Shown: one piece after another, positions 48,101 to 62,270 of the stretch
Layout of the letters: each line of letters opens with the position of its first letter
Numbering within the stretch: position 1 is the first letter of the stretch
NCBI GenBank assembly: GCA_003427395.1
Contig: BFEA01000015.1
Span: forward strand, 5,266,751 to 5,330,750
Direction: 5' to 3'
DNA length: 64,000 nucleotides
Origin: Chara braunii
Taxonomy: Eukaryota > Plantae > Charophyceae
The notes under the pieces: model-generated
What the model saw: the letters and a program-made list of their open reading frames with translations, nothing else
Told to the model about the DNA's origin: nothing
Databases searched by the model: none
Made by a program: the position numbers and the translations under genes

Positions 48101-50066
48101 CACTCCTCCCGCATCACTTGCTCTATCATCGTCACATCCTCAGGATCACCAGTGTCGCTCACCCGCACTTATCGTCACTTATCCCCGTGCAACGACGGCC
48201 CCATCCCGCCATAATGCCTTCCGCAGCCAATTTCCCGCCGAATTCTTACACGGGTCTTCATGTTTTCTGCTTACTCCTTCCTCCTCCTGTCTCGCTGCCT
48301 GGCTCTGCACATCTACTCGTTCACTAATCAATCCCCCTCGTCTTCACCAACTCCCCCTCCCCCCCCCTTCCGCCTTTTTCTCCGCTCCTACCCCTCCGGC
48401 GCTTGTTCTCTTCCTGTCGAACTGTGTACCCACACTTGCCCCCTCTTCCCTCTTCCTTTGTTTACTCCCTCTGACAACCCCCTATGACGGTATTCCCTTG
48501 TTTACTCCCTCTGACAACCCCCTCTAACGGTAAAAAAGATGTTCACTCCTTCAATGTTTGATTCCTTGGTCTAAATAAGATAAGAACCGTGGTCAATCGC
48601 GCGCCTCTCCGTTCTGACGCCTGTTTTCCTCCCGTGCCACCATCATACACACCCTTCCACCAGTTCAAACAGCTTTCGCCTCATTTGAGTCACTGCGCGC
48701 CGTTCCCTCCTCCTCCCCACTCCCTTCCCCTCGGGCTTATCCCAACCGCATCCACTTCGCGGCACCATATTCTTTAAACAACCTTCCTCCCGTCCGCTGC
48801 GGACCTGCAATGAACCGCCGCCCGTCTGCACCCCCCCTTCGACATCAGATACATCCTTCTCCTCACCTGATCACATCGCTGGCCGGGAAAAAAAAAAAAA
48901 AAAATTTGACCATCTATCTAGACACGATCCAATCAATCACCGACGGTAGCCATTAATTACCTTCGGCAACCAATCAATCACCGACAGTAGCCAGTCAATC
49001 ACCGACGGAAAAAAAAAAAAAAAAAAAACAGCCAGAAGGAAGAAAAGTCGTTAAGTCTGAAATGGTCGGGTGCTGTCCGGATCATTTATCCAAAGAATTA
49101 AATTAGCGTTACGCGTCTCAGAAAACAACCAACTCACCTCCCTTTGTCCTGGAATTCTGCACAATAGAGTCCAGGAGGTAAAAGAAATCTGCCCGCCTCT
49201 CTAGACCCTTCTCCTTTTCCATCCCGCTCACAATCATCTCCACCACCTGCACAAGGACAAAACATCCAAAAGAGGGAGAGCCACATGAACACTTCGTTAA
49301 TTAGTCCCACGTGAGTCTCCATAACGATGCAAAGATTTTTTCGGCGAACAAAAACTATCACGCACCTCCACTCCAACTCACGAATCAACCACCATAACTC
49401 ACATCCTCATTAGGGAAACAACCAACTTCCGTCTCAGAAACAACAAACTTCTAAAAAGAAGAGAAACAAAAGAAGACAAAGAGACGACACAACACAAAAG
49501 AAAGCCACAGGAACAAAATAAAATCGACTTCCACACTCATCCCCATCATGAATACTCGCACAATCTCATAACCATCATGCAATGGTCATAATCACCTATT
49601 AACCTGCGCCACGTGGACGTTATCGCCACATCACGCCAAGAACACCCTTCGACAGACACGTCGATGAGGATCCCGCCTAATGTCAAGGACCACGTGACGA
49701 ACATATCCGAATGACAACAACGCGAATCTTCAGACAATTCTTCTCACCTAAAAATAGCGTTACCACGTGTCCCGCTCGCCTGCCACGTGGACGTGGGAGG
49801 AGGTAAGGTCAGCGGCCGAAAAGGCCAAGAAAGCAGGGCTTTAATTGCACACTACACCCGCTCCCTCTTCCTACACCTCCCTTAATGGCCTGTCTTCTTT
49901 CCCAACCAGACCGAGGGTAGGCAATCATTCACCCACCCCGACATATTCATCCATCGCGAACCGTNNNNNNNNCCCGTGGCAACAACGTATGTGGCGGTTG
50001 AGAACACTGTGGTGATTCTTGGGAATGATAGCACTGTTGAACCATTTGACATTCACGGGCTAGAGC

Positions 50067-50104
50067 CTGTCTCTTATACACATCTAGATGTGTATAAGAG
50101 ACAG
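50067..50104. other. Complete Nextera mate-pair junction adapter (assembly artefact)
   Basis: CTGTCTCTTATACACATCTAGATGTGTATAAGAGACAG, ~95 bp after a small N gap. Confidence 0.99.
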
Positions 50105-50409
50105 CTCTATATGGGGGATGAATCTTTCCAGTTCCTGTGTGAATATGCACACGGCACACGAAACGAATAAAAACGAGTGCATCTTCCACAGAAACTGGAA
50201 AGATTCATCCGTTACTATGAACAGTAACGAATTCGTCTTGCCACCTCCTGTGAGCAAATGCACTTGGCTTTTTTTCGTTTCGTGTGGCGTGACGAGGCCC
50301 ATATTCATTGTATCGCGAACTATACGCAACGCCCAGGGCTCCTCCCTGCCGCTCCGCTTGTTCGACAACCAAGTACCCTCACAGGCCAATCATAGAAGAG
50401 CACCGCCCC

Positions 50410-50476
<67 letters not shown>

Positions 50477-53400
50477 CCCCCCCCCCGCCCGTTCAACTAC
50501 CCTCACGGAGCAATCATACATGGTGAGCTGAGCGTGCTAACCTGCTCCCCGAGCCCATGATGAGCGCACACAAAAGCGTGCTGAGTCGCACAGGAGATAC
50601 TGCTTTTCGACCGCGTGAGGCACTCCAACATCCCCGCCATCGCGTCCCTGACAAACTCCGCATCCTGGCTCCTTTCAATAGTCGTTTCCTTATGCTGGCG
50701 CTTCTTCTGTTGCAACAGGTCCGCTCCCGCCCCCACCCCTCCCCCCGATGCCCCCCCCGCTCCAATGGATGCCCTTCGCAATCGCCCTGCTTCCTCCATA
50801 TTCACTGCATGTTCAAGACATATCAACATAAACCCACAACACCAGTCATCAGTCAAACGGCGTTAGTCCTGTTGCTCGTGTTGTCGACGGCGACCATCAC
50901 TAACAGTGAACCTGAGCCAGGGTATTCGACATACCCACCCTCCGGGGTGAGCACCCTCACGCACTTGAAATCTCGGGCCACATGCAACTCGATCAATCAC
51001 CCTTTCTCTCCCATGCATTCAATCATTTACTACGGACCAAACAATCAACCAATCAATCAAACCAACCGTCAATCAATGGAACCAATTAAGCAAACCAACC
51101 GTCAATGACTTTGCAATTGAATGAAACCAACCTGTCCAGGAATTTGTCGCTCCATCAGTCAAAAGACACAACATAAGTCTGATTGCCCGTCGACGATTCG
51201 GATACCAATCGCGCAAGCGAAAAACACTCGATCGATCTGTTCTGTTACGGACCCCGTATTCAATCACTGTCGCCACTACATAGCTTAGTCAGTATCAGTA
51301 ACCAAGTCAGTCTGACAATTGGACGAGTCTGTAATCGGTCGGTCCGCGGCTGGACGATAGCATGAAAGAAGAGGCGTACGGAGCCTTCGCACGTCCAAAT
51401 CTTCTGCGCGATTTCCTCGCATCACACCTGACCGATAACCTATCATCCCCCTAATGAAAATCATGGACCACATTATCGAACGCACGTCCTATATTAAAAT
51501 TCACTGAAACTGTGAATCGGAAACCCCACGGTTGGACCCTCAAGTGTGCCTTCCTGCACACCCAAACGGGCCTTCAATAGCGGGTCCCACCGGCGACGGC
51601 GAGTTTGCATGCAGTCCCCGCCCCCACGGCACTGTGAGCCGAAACCGGGATGTGCGAGGGCCACCCTGGGACAGCCAGGTTCGGAACACGCCAGACCGCG
51701 GCGGTATTTCCCCGAGGCACGTCCCGCAGCTGTCACGTAAGACTCCCCCAAGTGTTCTGAAACGGATGTCCCACGCGCAGCCTCTGTCTGGACCTGGAAG
51801 GCCTTCGGCTTGCTTCTGTTCGCAGCCCTAAGGCTGCGGTATAGTCGTAGCCCTCTTTGCTTTTTTTTCACGGTCCTCCCCCTTAGGACATACTCACACT
51901 GCGACCCTAAAACCACGAAGTATGAGGACTTGGGAAAGCGGATTTGTGGTTTTAGGCACGGCAGTGGTCAAGCTGCTTTACCATTACTGTGTACCGCGCA
52001 TGGCGAGGAGGCGCAGCCCGGAGGGCGTGGGGTCTTGGAGCGCATTTTGGAGACCCCACCGGCTGACCCTCCGCCCCTCCCAAACGCCCCCCACTTTCCC
52101 GTTTCCCTCGGAGTCGAACTCGAACTTTACCTGAAGAAGAAACCCCTGGGCGCCGTCCAAAACGAATGTTGCACGACCACTGCAGGCTATCGCTGGTCGT
52201 TCGGTTTTTGCCTCTACTGCAACCACCTAAATGACACGTCGGTCTTACGACAACGACCGCACCCTTCTGCTCCATATTCCCGCCCCCTGTACACCACTCT
52301 AAACCCAAAAAGGTCGTCGACATTTACCGGTTGGGAAACCCACTGCGTGCCAAAAATGCAACCGGGTATAGCGCAGCCTCCTGGCTGCAAATTGACTTAC
52401 CATGAGGGCACGGTGTTGGAGGGCACCGAACGCATGCTCGCAAACCTCAATTGTGTACCCGGTACTTGCTCGTGTACCCTGTTGCGTACCAGCCGCCTAA
52501 TCAGGAAACCCCCTGTGCACCAGTGGGCGCTCAGGGACCTCTGTGATGTACCGAGCTCCACGCCTACGGATCTCTGCGGTGTCATGACAAGGGTGTTTGT
52601 CGTGCTTTTTGCAGGTCGTACACGGTGCGGTTGTGGCGATGCAAGGGTTGAGTGGTGCATCATCTTTCGTCTGAACGCACACATCGGCAACTTCAGTCAT
52701 GGCAGAGAGAGTGACAGAGTAATATGTGTGATAGTATAAGCGCTTTATTGCATCGCACGGTAGATGACCAAATGTCTGCCAACCTTAGCAGTTGGTGAGT
52801 CGGTCCGTCGGTTTGAGCAACGACTAAAGTACGTGATGAAATTGGTTGGTTAGGCTACCGCTTGCATAGGACTCGCACATTAACACCCAGGACGGTCACC
52901 GCCACAATGGGTCGTCATGACATGTGGCTCCGATTAACCCCGACCATTGTGCTGAGACGTTATCGAGCGCATCGGTCCCGTAGGGGGACCCTCCCTCACA
53001 ATAAACAAGAAAAAGTTCAAGTCATTCAAACTTATGGAACAATTGCTCAAACTCCCTCTTTCAAGAACAAAAGAAACATCAAAAATTTCAAAATAAAACA
53101 AGGCGACCAAGCCATCCAACTTAGGAACAATTCCTTGGTCCCTGAAAAGCAAACATAGACAACCCTCGCAAGTCAGAGCAACCAGACGATCAAACTTAGG
53201 AACAATTGTTTGGTCCTCCAGGCAATCAAAATAAACATAGCATTGGGCCGTCCAAGTCAGAACAATGCCCAACCTTTAGTTGACTCGGTCAATCACAAGC
53301 ATAACCACCTTCCTCCCGCCTTCCCCTGATGCACAACCCTTTTACAATATGCCTTCAAACAAACAACAAAAGTGAATTTGAGATTACGCATGCCTTCCTT

Positions 53401-56218
53401 TACTTATGTCTGATTCATATCATGAAAGCAAAACGTAAAGTCAAATATAGGATGCATGCAGTATACTCAGTAAAACTGTAGCAAGATGTACAAGTAAGGG
53501 TGTTAATTGGGTTTATAGAAGGAGATGACGATTTAACACTTAGCTCTATGTCTCCAGAACCTCGTCTAGGTTCCGGCTGACCTCCCGTAATCGATGGGGC
53601 AACCTCTCACAGAGGCCTTGGCACGGATTACGGGTTGCAATCCCGCCTGCCGCCTTCCTCTCGGAACTAACAGACTAGACTTGGAGAAAGAAGGGCAGAA
53701 GGAGAAACATTAAGTCCCTCGGATCCAAAAGAGGCGCACTCAGACTTGCGTGAGAGGACCTTGGTATCTTCGAAACTCCTTAGGGCACCGCAATGGTAGC
53801 AAGAATGTGCAGCAGCTTGGTCAATCAAAGTCAAACCGCCGGTTGTTGACTCTTTGACGACTCTCCAATTCGTAACGGCGATCTCCTTTTCTTAAGTCGT
53901 GACGCCATTTCCTTTGACCAAACTGTAGTTATGCAGTCTAGAGGAGCCATATGTGGTTAGAGCACACCCCTTTTGCTCTATCCGACTGCCGGTAATTGCG
54001 CAACAATATGCCCCAGACCAGCATACCCAACAATACACGGTGCTTGATGTTTATCCGCAAACCGTGTGCATCAGTAACCAAAGCACATCAACAAGGCACA
54101 CTGCATAGTGCAAAAAGGTCGAAAACTTAACACGATAACGACAACAACTTGAGAAATAACAGTTGTCTCGACGAATCTTAGCGGCGAGGAAGCACTCCAA
54201 TTCGCCTTTGCATGGCAGTTACCCTATGGTCTTGTAAACCATAGTCCGATAAGAACCCTCGCACGAGCCACCTAGTATAGCGGCTCCCCTGAAACAGAAA
54301 CGGCTCAGCAGTCCGAAGCGCAACACACAGCAGTCGTGCAGCGGATGACCAGTAACATATAGTTCAAATCTCGCTGCAAAACTCTGGTTGGACTCGTTGC
54401 GAGTACACAATCAAAACAAAAGGAACAACACGGGTTTTGAGCACGCAGATTGAATCCTCTCATCCCCCTTTGCGAGGTGAATGACACAAATTGGCCAACA
54501 AAAGACTTGCAATCTCGTTGATCTTCTTTGTGAGCGGGTTGTTGTGATAGGCAACACACCGGCCAACAGGTTCGTATGTGATATCGCACTCGTCTCTTCG
54601 CTACTTCACCGCTAGATGAGCAATGTAGGCCCCGCTGGTAAGACTCCAAGCACAGCGGTTGTCTCTCGCTTCTTTGCTTCGACGAGATGCACAATGAATC
54701 AGCTAACGGTAATGTTTAATCCCATGATTCGCCTCACACTACTCCGATTGATAGAATGAGCAACGCCCCGATCGATCAGATGAGTCTCCTCGTTCTCTCC
54801 CTCTCACACACACTTGTTTGTACGTCGCTTAGCTCGTGCTGACCATTTCCCCTGTAATAATTTGCTTTTATGATCAGTGTTCGCTTCTCGTAGTGTGTTT
54901 GACTGCTCGACAGTGCTAGGCTCAAACGAGCTCATAGAGATATAGTCGTCGAGGGGGGGGGAACGTGCACGGACGATAAACGAGGAAAGACAAACGGTGG
55001 ACCAACAGTGCCAGGACTTATAGCACTAGGAAGAGGTTAGTCTTTCCTCTTACTCGGGCGCAAAAATGCGCCCTCTCTCAGCATGCAAAAAGAGAAAGCA
55101 TATTCCACTAAGATTCGAAAATATCCATCCACTCCCGTTCATTTCGATATAGCAGAGGTCCTTACTCCTGCCACCAAACAAGGGGAATACTTATGCCGCC
55201 TTGGCCCCGCCAAGCTTCTCCGCGAACAACAAACCATGGGGGATAGCTTCTCCGAGCCCTCAACCCCTTGGCTCCTTCGCGCTCCTCTGACGTTCCTACG
55301 TTGCCGCTTGTTATCGATCCCTAAATCACATGGATGAAAATATGACACCGTAACCAATAGTGTTAGGCCCAAGGCTGGGTTCAACACTAGCAATAAACCG
55401 TCTAAATGGGTGTCGCTACGTGCGAGGGTTCACCAACACTACCCGGTCACCCTCTCACCTCACCAGTCAAGGTCACTACCATTGCGCCACACCATCGACG
55501 CCGCCTCTCGCACGTACTCACTTATCATGGTCAAGCGCTTTGATCAAAACAACAATCTTTTTAATCATAGTTCAACCAAGAATAAAAACTTAACTGGCGA
55601 CCACGTCGGCCTCACAATCATCAACAAGAAAAGAGATCACGCGCGCTTTAAGTCTGCGCACCCACACACTCTCTACTCTAGTCAACCTTTTCGTCAGCGT
55701 ACTCAAAACACAATCGTGGCTCGTGCGGTATATTCAAACTTCACCCCAAACTTATTTTTCGGTCACTTACAAAAACCAGGGCGGATACCTTTGTAAGGGT
55801 ATTCGCACCGACAACTTACCGGACTATATTCAGCGACGTCCCTGTCGCTCCGAAGAATAAAAAATTATCAGTTCACCCATAACTCAAAAATGCTCACGAA
55901 AAAGGAACCAATCCGATTAGCCAACAGACTCTGGTTCGAGGACTTCACCAATCCATGTCAAACACAACTATATGCTGTCAGGATTCTAACTTGGTTTTCA
56001 TTGTCCTGACATTAGGACATCGGGATATTTGGCATACGTACTACAACATCAGTTTCAACGACCGTCCCAATAGACCTTTCCCTTTTGTCATAGACATCTC
56101 GTTGGATGTTCCATTTAGTATTCGTTCTGCAAGCAGGGTCATAACTAGGGACGAGTGCCCTAACCGAGACTTTTAAAGGCATTATTGCCTCCCTCTCAAA
56201 ATTCTCACAACCAATAAA

Positions 56219-56302
56219 CATATATATATATATATCGTCACAAATAGAACTGTCCGGTAAACCGTAGGCAGAGAGAGAAAAGAGGACATATATATATATA
56301 TA
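56219..56302 (-). mobile_element. Solo 3'-terminal fragment of the family A element within (TA)n
   Basis: TATATCGTCACAAATAGAACTGTCCGGTAAACCGTAGGCAGAGAGAGAAAAGAGGACA flanked on both sides by (TA)n. Confidence 0.9.
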
Positions 56303-58066
56303 TTTTCTTAGATTCTTCCTGCAGTCGAGTACATGAAGGTTAGGTCTCCATTTTGGCCCACCATAGTCTGGTTGGTCGAGTCAGATCTACGGACGACCGC
56401 GTTGTTATTTTTGTGGTAGTGCCCTCGCTAGTTATACAACGATAGACCTTTTCCTGATAAACATTCGATTAGGACTACCAAAAGACTCAATTGACTCGAC
56501 TCTTATCCCTCCGACATCCCATGGAAGTAAAACCCTCTGAGGCGGCTACACCTCCTAAGCCTTCAAGTTTACCCCTTTGGTGAGACGTGGGTCCGCTACC
56601 AGGTTACGCCGGTCGGCAACCAACACTACGGGTTGCGCCCTAATGATGTTGAGTTTTATTACTTAGCTAGGTATTCCTACATATGCCTTAAGATTAACAA
56701 TAAGTTGTTGAACGGTGTGTCACAACAAACATAGGTCTATTGCGGGACCACGCAGAGGTCTGTCACACTAAAAAAATATTTACCAGTTCTTTGTGGAACA
56801 ATACAGAGAGCTCAACATCCTCTCCATATTCACAAAACAAAATCACCGCCAAATTCACAAGGCCGTGGTCGCCCACTTGATGATCGGAGCAAGTAGACCA
56901 CGCATCTTTAATTATATCTTCCAAATGAACCACTTTTGCGACATCCCAAAACTCCACCAATAGTTCAAAACAGTTTTTTTGTCCTTTTTGACAGACTTTA
57001 TCATTCGAAATTTGTTTTTCATGCCATTAAATCTTTTAACCACCTTCCATTTGAAGGAGTCTCACTCATTAAGCCTCCCAGTCATCCCCCCACTCAAGGA
57101 TGAACCTCCATGTGACTTTTTTAAACATCTTTCATTGAAAATGAATCCAAATGAACAAATACCACCTTCCCATTTGAAGGGGTCTCACTCATAAAACCAC
57201 TCAGCACGGAGAGATCAACTTATGGGTCCTTATCACAACTCAATAATAAACATTTGGCATGGTAAAACATTCGAGTCTCAAAGACTCATAAATACCTTAT
57301 GATTCTCACATTCTTTCACAAAAACGTACTTCATTCCCCCTCCTTATACATGGACCCATCATCTGTCCGTAGGCAAGCCGCATGAGTATATCGAAGAGTA
57401 GAAAACTCACACACATTCACATTCACTAGATATAAAGTGCACGGGATGTTTCATGTACACCTCTCACACAAAGCCATCATACATCAGGACAAAACCACAC
57501 ATGTGAGGGTAATTATGATTGTCATATACAGGGACTAGTATCAAAGAATCTCAACTCAATATACATTCAAGAATAGAGTATCCCATCCAAAAACAACGTA
57601 GGCTCAAACTCACACACTTGCTCAAGCTGAGCAAAAATCGGGTCCAGAGCGGTAGAAAAGTAACCACACTGTCTATAATACACTCAAAAGTCAGATGAGT
57701 CTAAGTCACAAAAGTCAAAGATAGTCATAATGTCCATATATCACACAGTTGAGCCATGAATCCTAAATCACTAATGAAATCCTCAAAGGTAGTCATATGA
57801 TGCAAATCTATGTATGTACAGCTAAGCAGCGTGGCTACATGAAACCAAGACAAAAGTACATACGTCCTGACTTGGATATATACGCACTCGACTCGGTCGC
57901 CCTACACAAAAGAGTCAACTCTTACTTGTCTATTAGGACTGTATCCCAACGACGAGTAGTCTCCTACTGACACATAGGCAAACCAGCCTTACTCACTCAT
58001 TTCTTCATGGTTTTGCATATACAACTGTGATCTACCCCCATCAGTAGACCGTTCTACCAACCGCCC

Positions 58067-58336
58067 TTATCTATTGTACATCTTTTCATTCCTCTTGGTG
58101 ACTTTCTCTGCCGCCTTGTCCTGTAAAAAATTTGGACACTGCAAGGCCCGATGCTCTCCTCTTTTGCAGAAGAAGCAAGATTGATCACTTGTCCTTCGGA
58201 CCCTCTTCCTCCTCTTCTGGAAATTTGGTGATGGTGGGGTCTCTGTAGTCTCTCTGACCATCTCATCACATAGGGGTATCTTCATGGGCTCCTCAGGTAC
58301 TGGCTCTGATGTCTGAGTATCTAACTCGCACTGCAC
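58067..58336 (-). pseudogene. gag: Retrotransposon Gag fragment with CCHC zinc knuckle
   Basis: CFFCKRGEHRALQC = CX2CX4HX4C. Confidence 0.75.
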
Positions 58337-58567
58337 TCCACCAAACTATGGCTTGTACTAAGGTGTGTTTAATCTTTGTGGCCTTCACTCACACGTGCCT
58401 CCCGTCGTGACCACTGACACTTCCTCACGAGGCTTATCTGCAGTATGGCAGGGGCAAAAAAATGACAAAAAAAAATGTAATCGAGGAGGAGAAGGGGAGG
58501 TACCATGAAGGAGTAGGCGAATGATGACGAAGAAGAAAAACACTCGGTGGGATGAACAATGATTAGG

Positions 58568-58600
<33 letters not shown>

Positions 58601-59309
58601 NNNAAAAAAAAAAAAAAAAAAAAAAAAAAAANAGGTGCTTAGTTGGATTACCGATCACATATNNNNTTCATACTTGTGCCGGACCGGAAAGATAGTTTGT
58701 ATACGTTCATTTTTATTTTATTGTTTTCTTTATTATTTCTTCAAGGTTTATCCTACCCCTTAAGCAACACTGGCCGCGGGGAGGGAGGTCGATGGTCCAC
58801 TGCGCGCCAAATTTGGAATCGAAGTTTTGACGAGGGCCGACAGATTAAGGCAATCCAGGGCGGGGGAATGTGCAAAAGGGCGTGCGTACTGAAATGTTCG
58901 TAGCGCGCCATTAAACGAGAGAGCGCGCTCACGGGGCCGGGCAGACGGTGAGCGTTGATGGGGATGAATATCTCAAAGCGCGCGCCGTCGATAGCATTTT
59001 CGCGCCGCTTTGTGCCCCACCCCCTTTTTTTTTTTTTTTCGTATTTTGTATTTTTTTTATCGCTTTGTTTGCTTTTTATTATTTATGTTTTTTATTTTTT
59101 TATTAGTACTTTATGTTGTTTCCTTCTCGCGTGTATTTTTGTTTCTTTTTTTTTTTCTTTTTTTTTTGGTTTTGTTTTGGATAAAAAAAATATTTGTTTT
59201 TTTTTTGTCAATTTGCGTTTTTTTTGCCTGTTTAGGGACGGATTATATTCCCATGTTTTAGGGGGAGATTTATTTTGTTCTTCTATTTTTTTTGGACGTA
59301 TGCGAATGT

Positions 59310-59689
59310 CTAGCGTGTGTGTGTGTGTGCGAAGGTGTGTGTGTGTGCGAATGTGTGTGTGCGTGTGTGTGTGGGCGTGTGTGTATGTGTGTCAGAGAGA
59401 ATGCAGGCAAGACTCTGCTATCGCCAGTGGCACGAGCCGAAACAAGCGTGCGTCGTGTAGATATTGCGCGTCTGTCTCAAAAAAAAAAAAAAAAAAACTT
59501 GAAAAAAAAAAAACGTGCACGTGGTCAAGACTCACGTGCAATCTTTTGAAGCACCCGGTTGTGTGTGTGTCTCTCTCTCTCCGACTCTCTCTCTCTCCCT
59601 CTGTCTCTTTCTCTCTTTCTTTCTCTCTCTTTCCCTTTCTCTCTCTCTCTTACACACACACACAGACGCACACACGACGAAGTACGCCA

Positions 59690-59734
<45 letters not shown>

Positions 59735-60330
59735 TGTGTGTGTGTGTCCGTGCGCGTGTGTGTGTCAGAGAGAGAGTGTGGCAAAAACTCTGCCATTGCC
59801 AGTGACACGAGCCGAGACAAGTATGTGTCGTGTAGATATGGCGCGCCTGTCTAAAAAAAAAAAAAAATAGAACTTGAAAAAAAAAAAACGTGCACGCGGT
59901 CAAGACACACGTGCAATCTGTTGAAGGGCCAGGTTGTGTTTGTCTCTCTCTCTCTCTCTCTCCCTCTCTCTTTCTCCCTCTCTCTCTCTCTCTCCCCCTC
60001 CTCTCTCTCACACACACACACATACACACATACACACATACACACAGATGCACACACGAGGAAGTATGCCAATGTGTATGTGTGTGTGCGTGTGAGCGTG
60101 TGTGTGTGTGCGTGTCGGAGAGAGAGTGCAACCAAGACTCTGCTATCGGTAGTGGCACGAACTGCGACAAGCGTGCGCCGTGTAGATATGGCACGCCTGT
60201 CTAAAAACAAAGAGAAAAAAAGAGAATTCAATAAAATAAAATAAAAATATGTGCACGAGGTCAAGACGTGCGTGCGATCTACTGAAGAGGTACGTTGTGT
60301 CTCTGTCTGATCTCTCTCTCTCTCTCTCTC
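59310..60330. repeat. Three ~350-370 bp tandem units with embedded microsatellites
   Basis: AGACTCTGCTATCGCCAGTGGCACGAGC...TGTAGATAT...GGTCAAGAC core near 59410, 59785 and 60135. Confidence 0.9.
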
Positions 60331-60483
60331 TTGTTGTGTTCCCGCCTCTTCAGCTCCTTGGCGCGTTGTCTCCTTGCTTCCTCCCTTCTTCTTTCTCTTT
60401 CTCTCCCTTTCTCTCTCTCTCTTTCCCTGTCTCCCTTTCTCCTTCACTTGTTTCCTCCTCTTCGTGCTTCCTCTTCTTCTTCC

Positions 60484-60601
60484 NNNNNNNNNNNNNNNNN
60501 NNNNNNNNNNNNNNNNNNNNNNNNNNNNNNNNNNNNNNNNNNNNNNNNNNNNNNNNNNNNNNNNNNNNNNNNNNNNNNNNNNNNNNNNNNNNNNNNNNNN
60601 N
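60484..60601. other. Assembly gap
   Basis: Run of N. Confidence 1.
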
Positions 60602-60656
<55 letters not shown>

Positions 60657-61269
60657 ACTAGTCGTCGCATCCGTCGTCCCCGTCACTGTCGGTCATATAT
60701 AGTGTAGAGGAGGGAGCATGTCACAGACTTAACAACAGCAACCAGTCAATTTCGTAAAGTTGAGTGCTTTACAGACTTAACTCGAGCGTCAGACGAGCAT
60801 TACACGGCACGTGGCGACACGTAGCGAGGTGCGTTGCACGACACGTGGGGACACGTGGCGACTGGAAGAGGTGCATCAGGCGACATGTGGTGAGGGGAAG
60901 AGTTGGATTGGGCAACCCACACAGACGCTCGTGTAGTGGGAGAAGAGGGGATTGGGCAACCCACGGGGACCCTGGTGCAGTCAGTAGTGGGGTGGATTGG
61001 GCGACACGTGGCGAGCGGAAGAGGTGGATCGGGCGACCCTCACGAACCGTGGTGTAGTGGGGAAGAGGTGGAATAAGCGACACGTGGCGAGCGGTCGGTG
61101 CAGCAGATTGTTGGTGCCTCCGATTTGGAGGAGGTTAAAAACTCATAGACATGGCTCCAACCCATGTCCAGTCCCACACGTTGACCTGACGCTGGTTTGC
61201 GCCTGCAACCTCGATGATTTGGCGGTGGTCCAAGCTTCAGCCCATATACAGTCCCACACGCAGGGAGAT

Positions 61270-62270
61270 GGGTAGACAGATAGGCAGGCAGACAGATAAG
61301 CAGGCAAGCAGACAGGCAGGTACGCATACAAGCACATGAGGAGAGACGCAGGCGGACAGGCAGACAGACACACAAGCAGATAGGCAGTCAGGCGAGTCTG
61401 TCTGCCTATCGACCTATCTGACTTCGTGTCTGCCTGTGTGTGTATGTGTGTGTGTATGTGTGTCTGTCTGTAAGGCAGGCAGGGAGACAGGCGTGCAGAC
61501 AAAGAGGCAGCCAAACAAGCAGACATGCACTCTTAGTTCTGCGGGCGTGGCCCACACCGCCCGCACCCCCATGGGCCAGGACCTCAGCCAACGCGTTAAA
61601 AAAAAAAAAAAAAAAGGACAGATAAGCAGAAAGAAAGACAAAGAGACATGCAGGCAGGCAAACAACAGGCAGACAGGCAAACAACAGGCAAGCAGCCAAG
61701 CAGGCAAACAGGCAGGAAGGCACACATACGCACATACAGGTAGGTAGGTAGGTTGCCTAGCATGCACACACAGACAGGTAGGCAGGGAGACAGATAGACA
61801 GACACATAGGGAGACAGGCAGATAGGCAGGCAGACAAACTGTTTGTGTATCTGTTTGTCTGCCTGTGTGTCGGTCAATTTGTCTGTATGTTTGGCTGCCT
61901 GTCTCCCGGCCCACCAGTATGCTTGTTTATCTGTCTGTTTGACTACCTGTCTGTTTGTCTGCCCTGCCTGCAAACTGTTTGTCTGTTTGTGTGTATGTCT
62001 GTCGGTCTATGTGCCTGTCTGCGTGCATGTTTGCCTGCCTTTTTGTCTGTCAGAGAAGCAGACAGACAGGTAGACAGACACACAGGCAGAGAGGCAGGCA
62101 GACAGACAGAAAGGCACGCAGGCAGAAAGGCAGGCACACACGCAGACAGACACGCAGGAAGACACACAGGCAGACAGGCAGATAGGCAAGCACACACGCA
62201 GGCAGTCATCCAGGCAGACAAGCAGACAGACAGGCACGCAGGCACACAAGCACACAGGCAAGCAGACAGA
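61270..62270. repeat. Degenerate (GCAG/ACAG)n satellite in alternating orientations
   Basis: CAGR blocks alternate with their YCTG complements. Confidence 0.85.

Larger units (their letters stand above)
51510..58430 (-). mobile_element. Decayed LTR-retrotransposon-derived block (boundaries uncertain)
   Basis: Microsatellite-poor block containing a Gag knuckle; LTR ends not resolved. Confidence 0.4.

Noticed and set aside
51810-52739. 309-aa ORF
   Set aside because: No ATG start, no recognisable motif, lies in a probable LTR-element block
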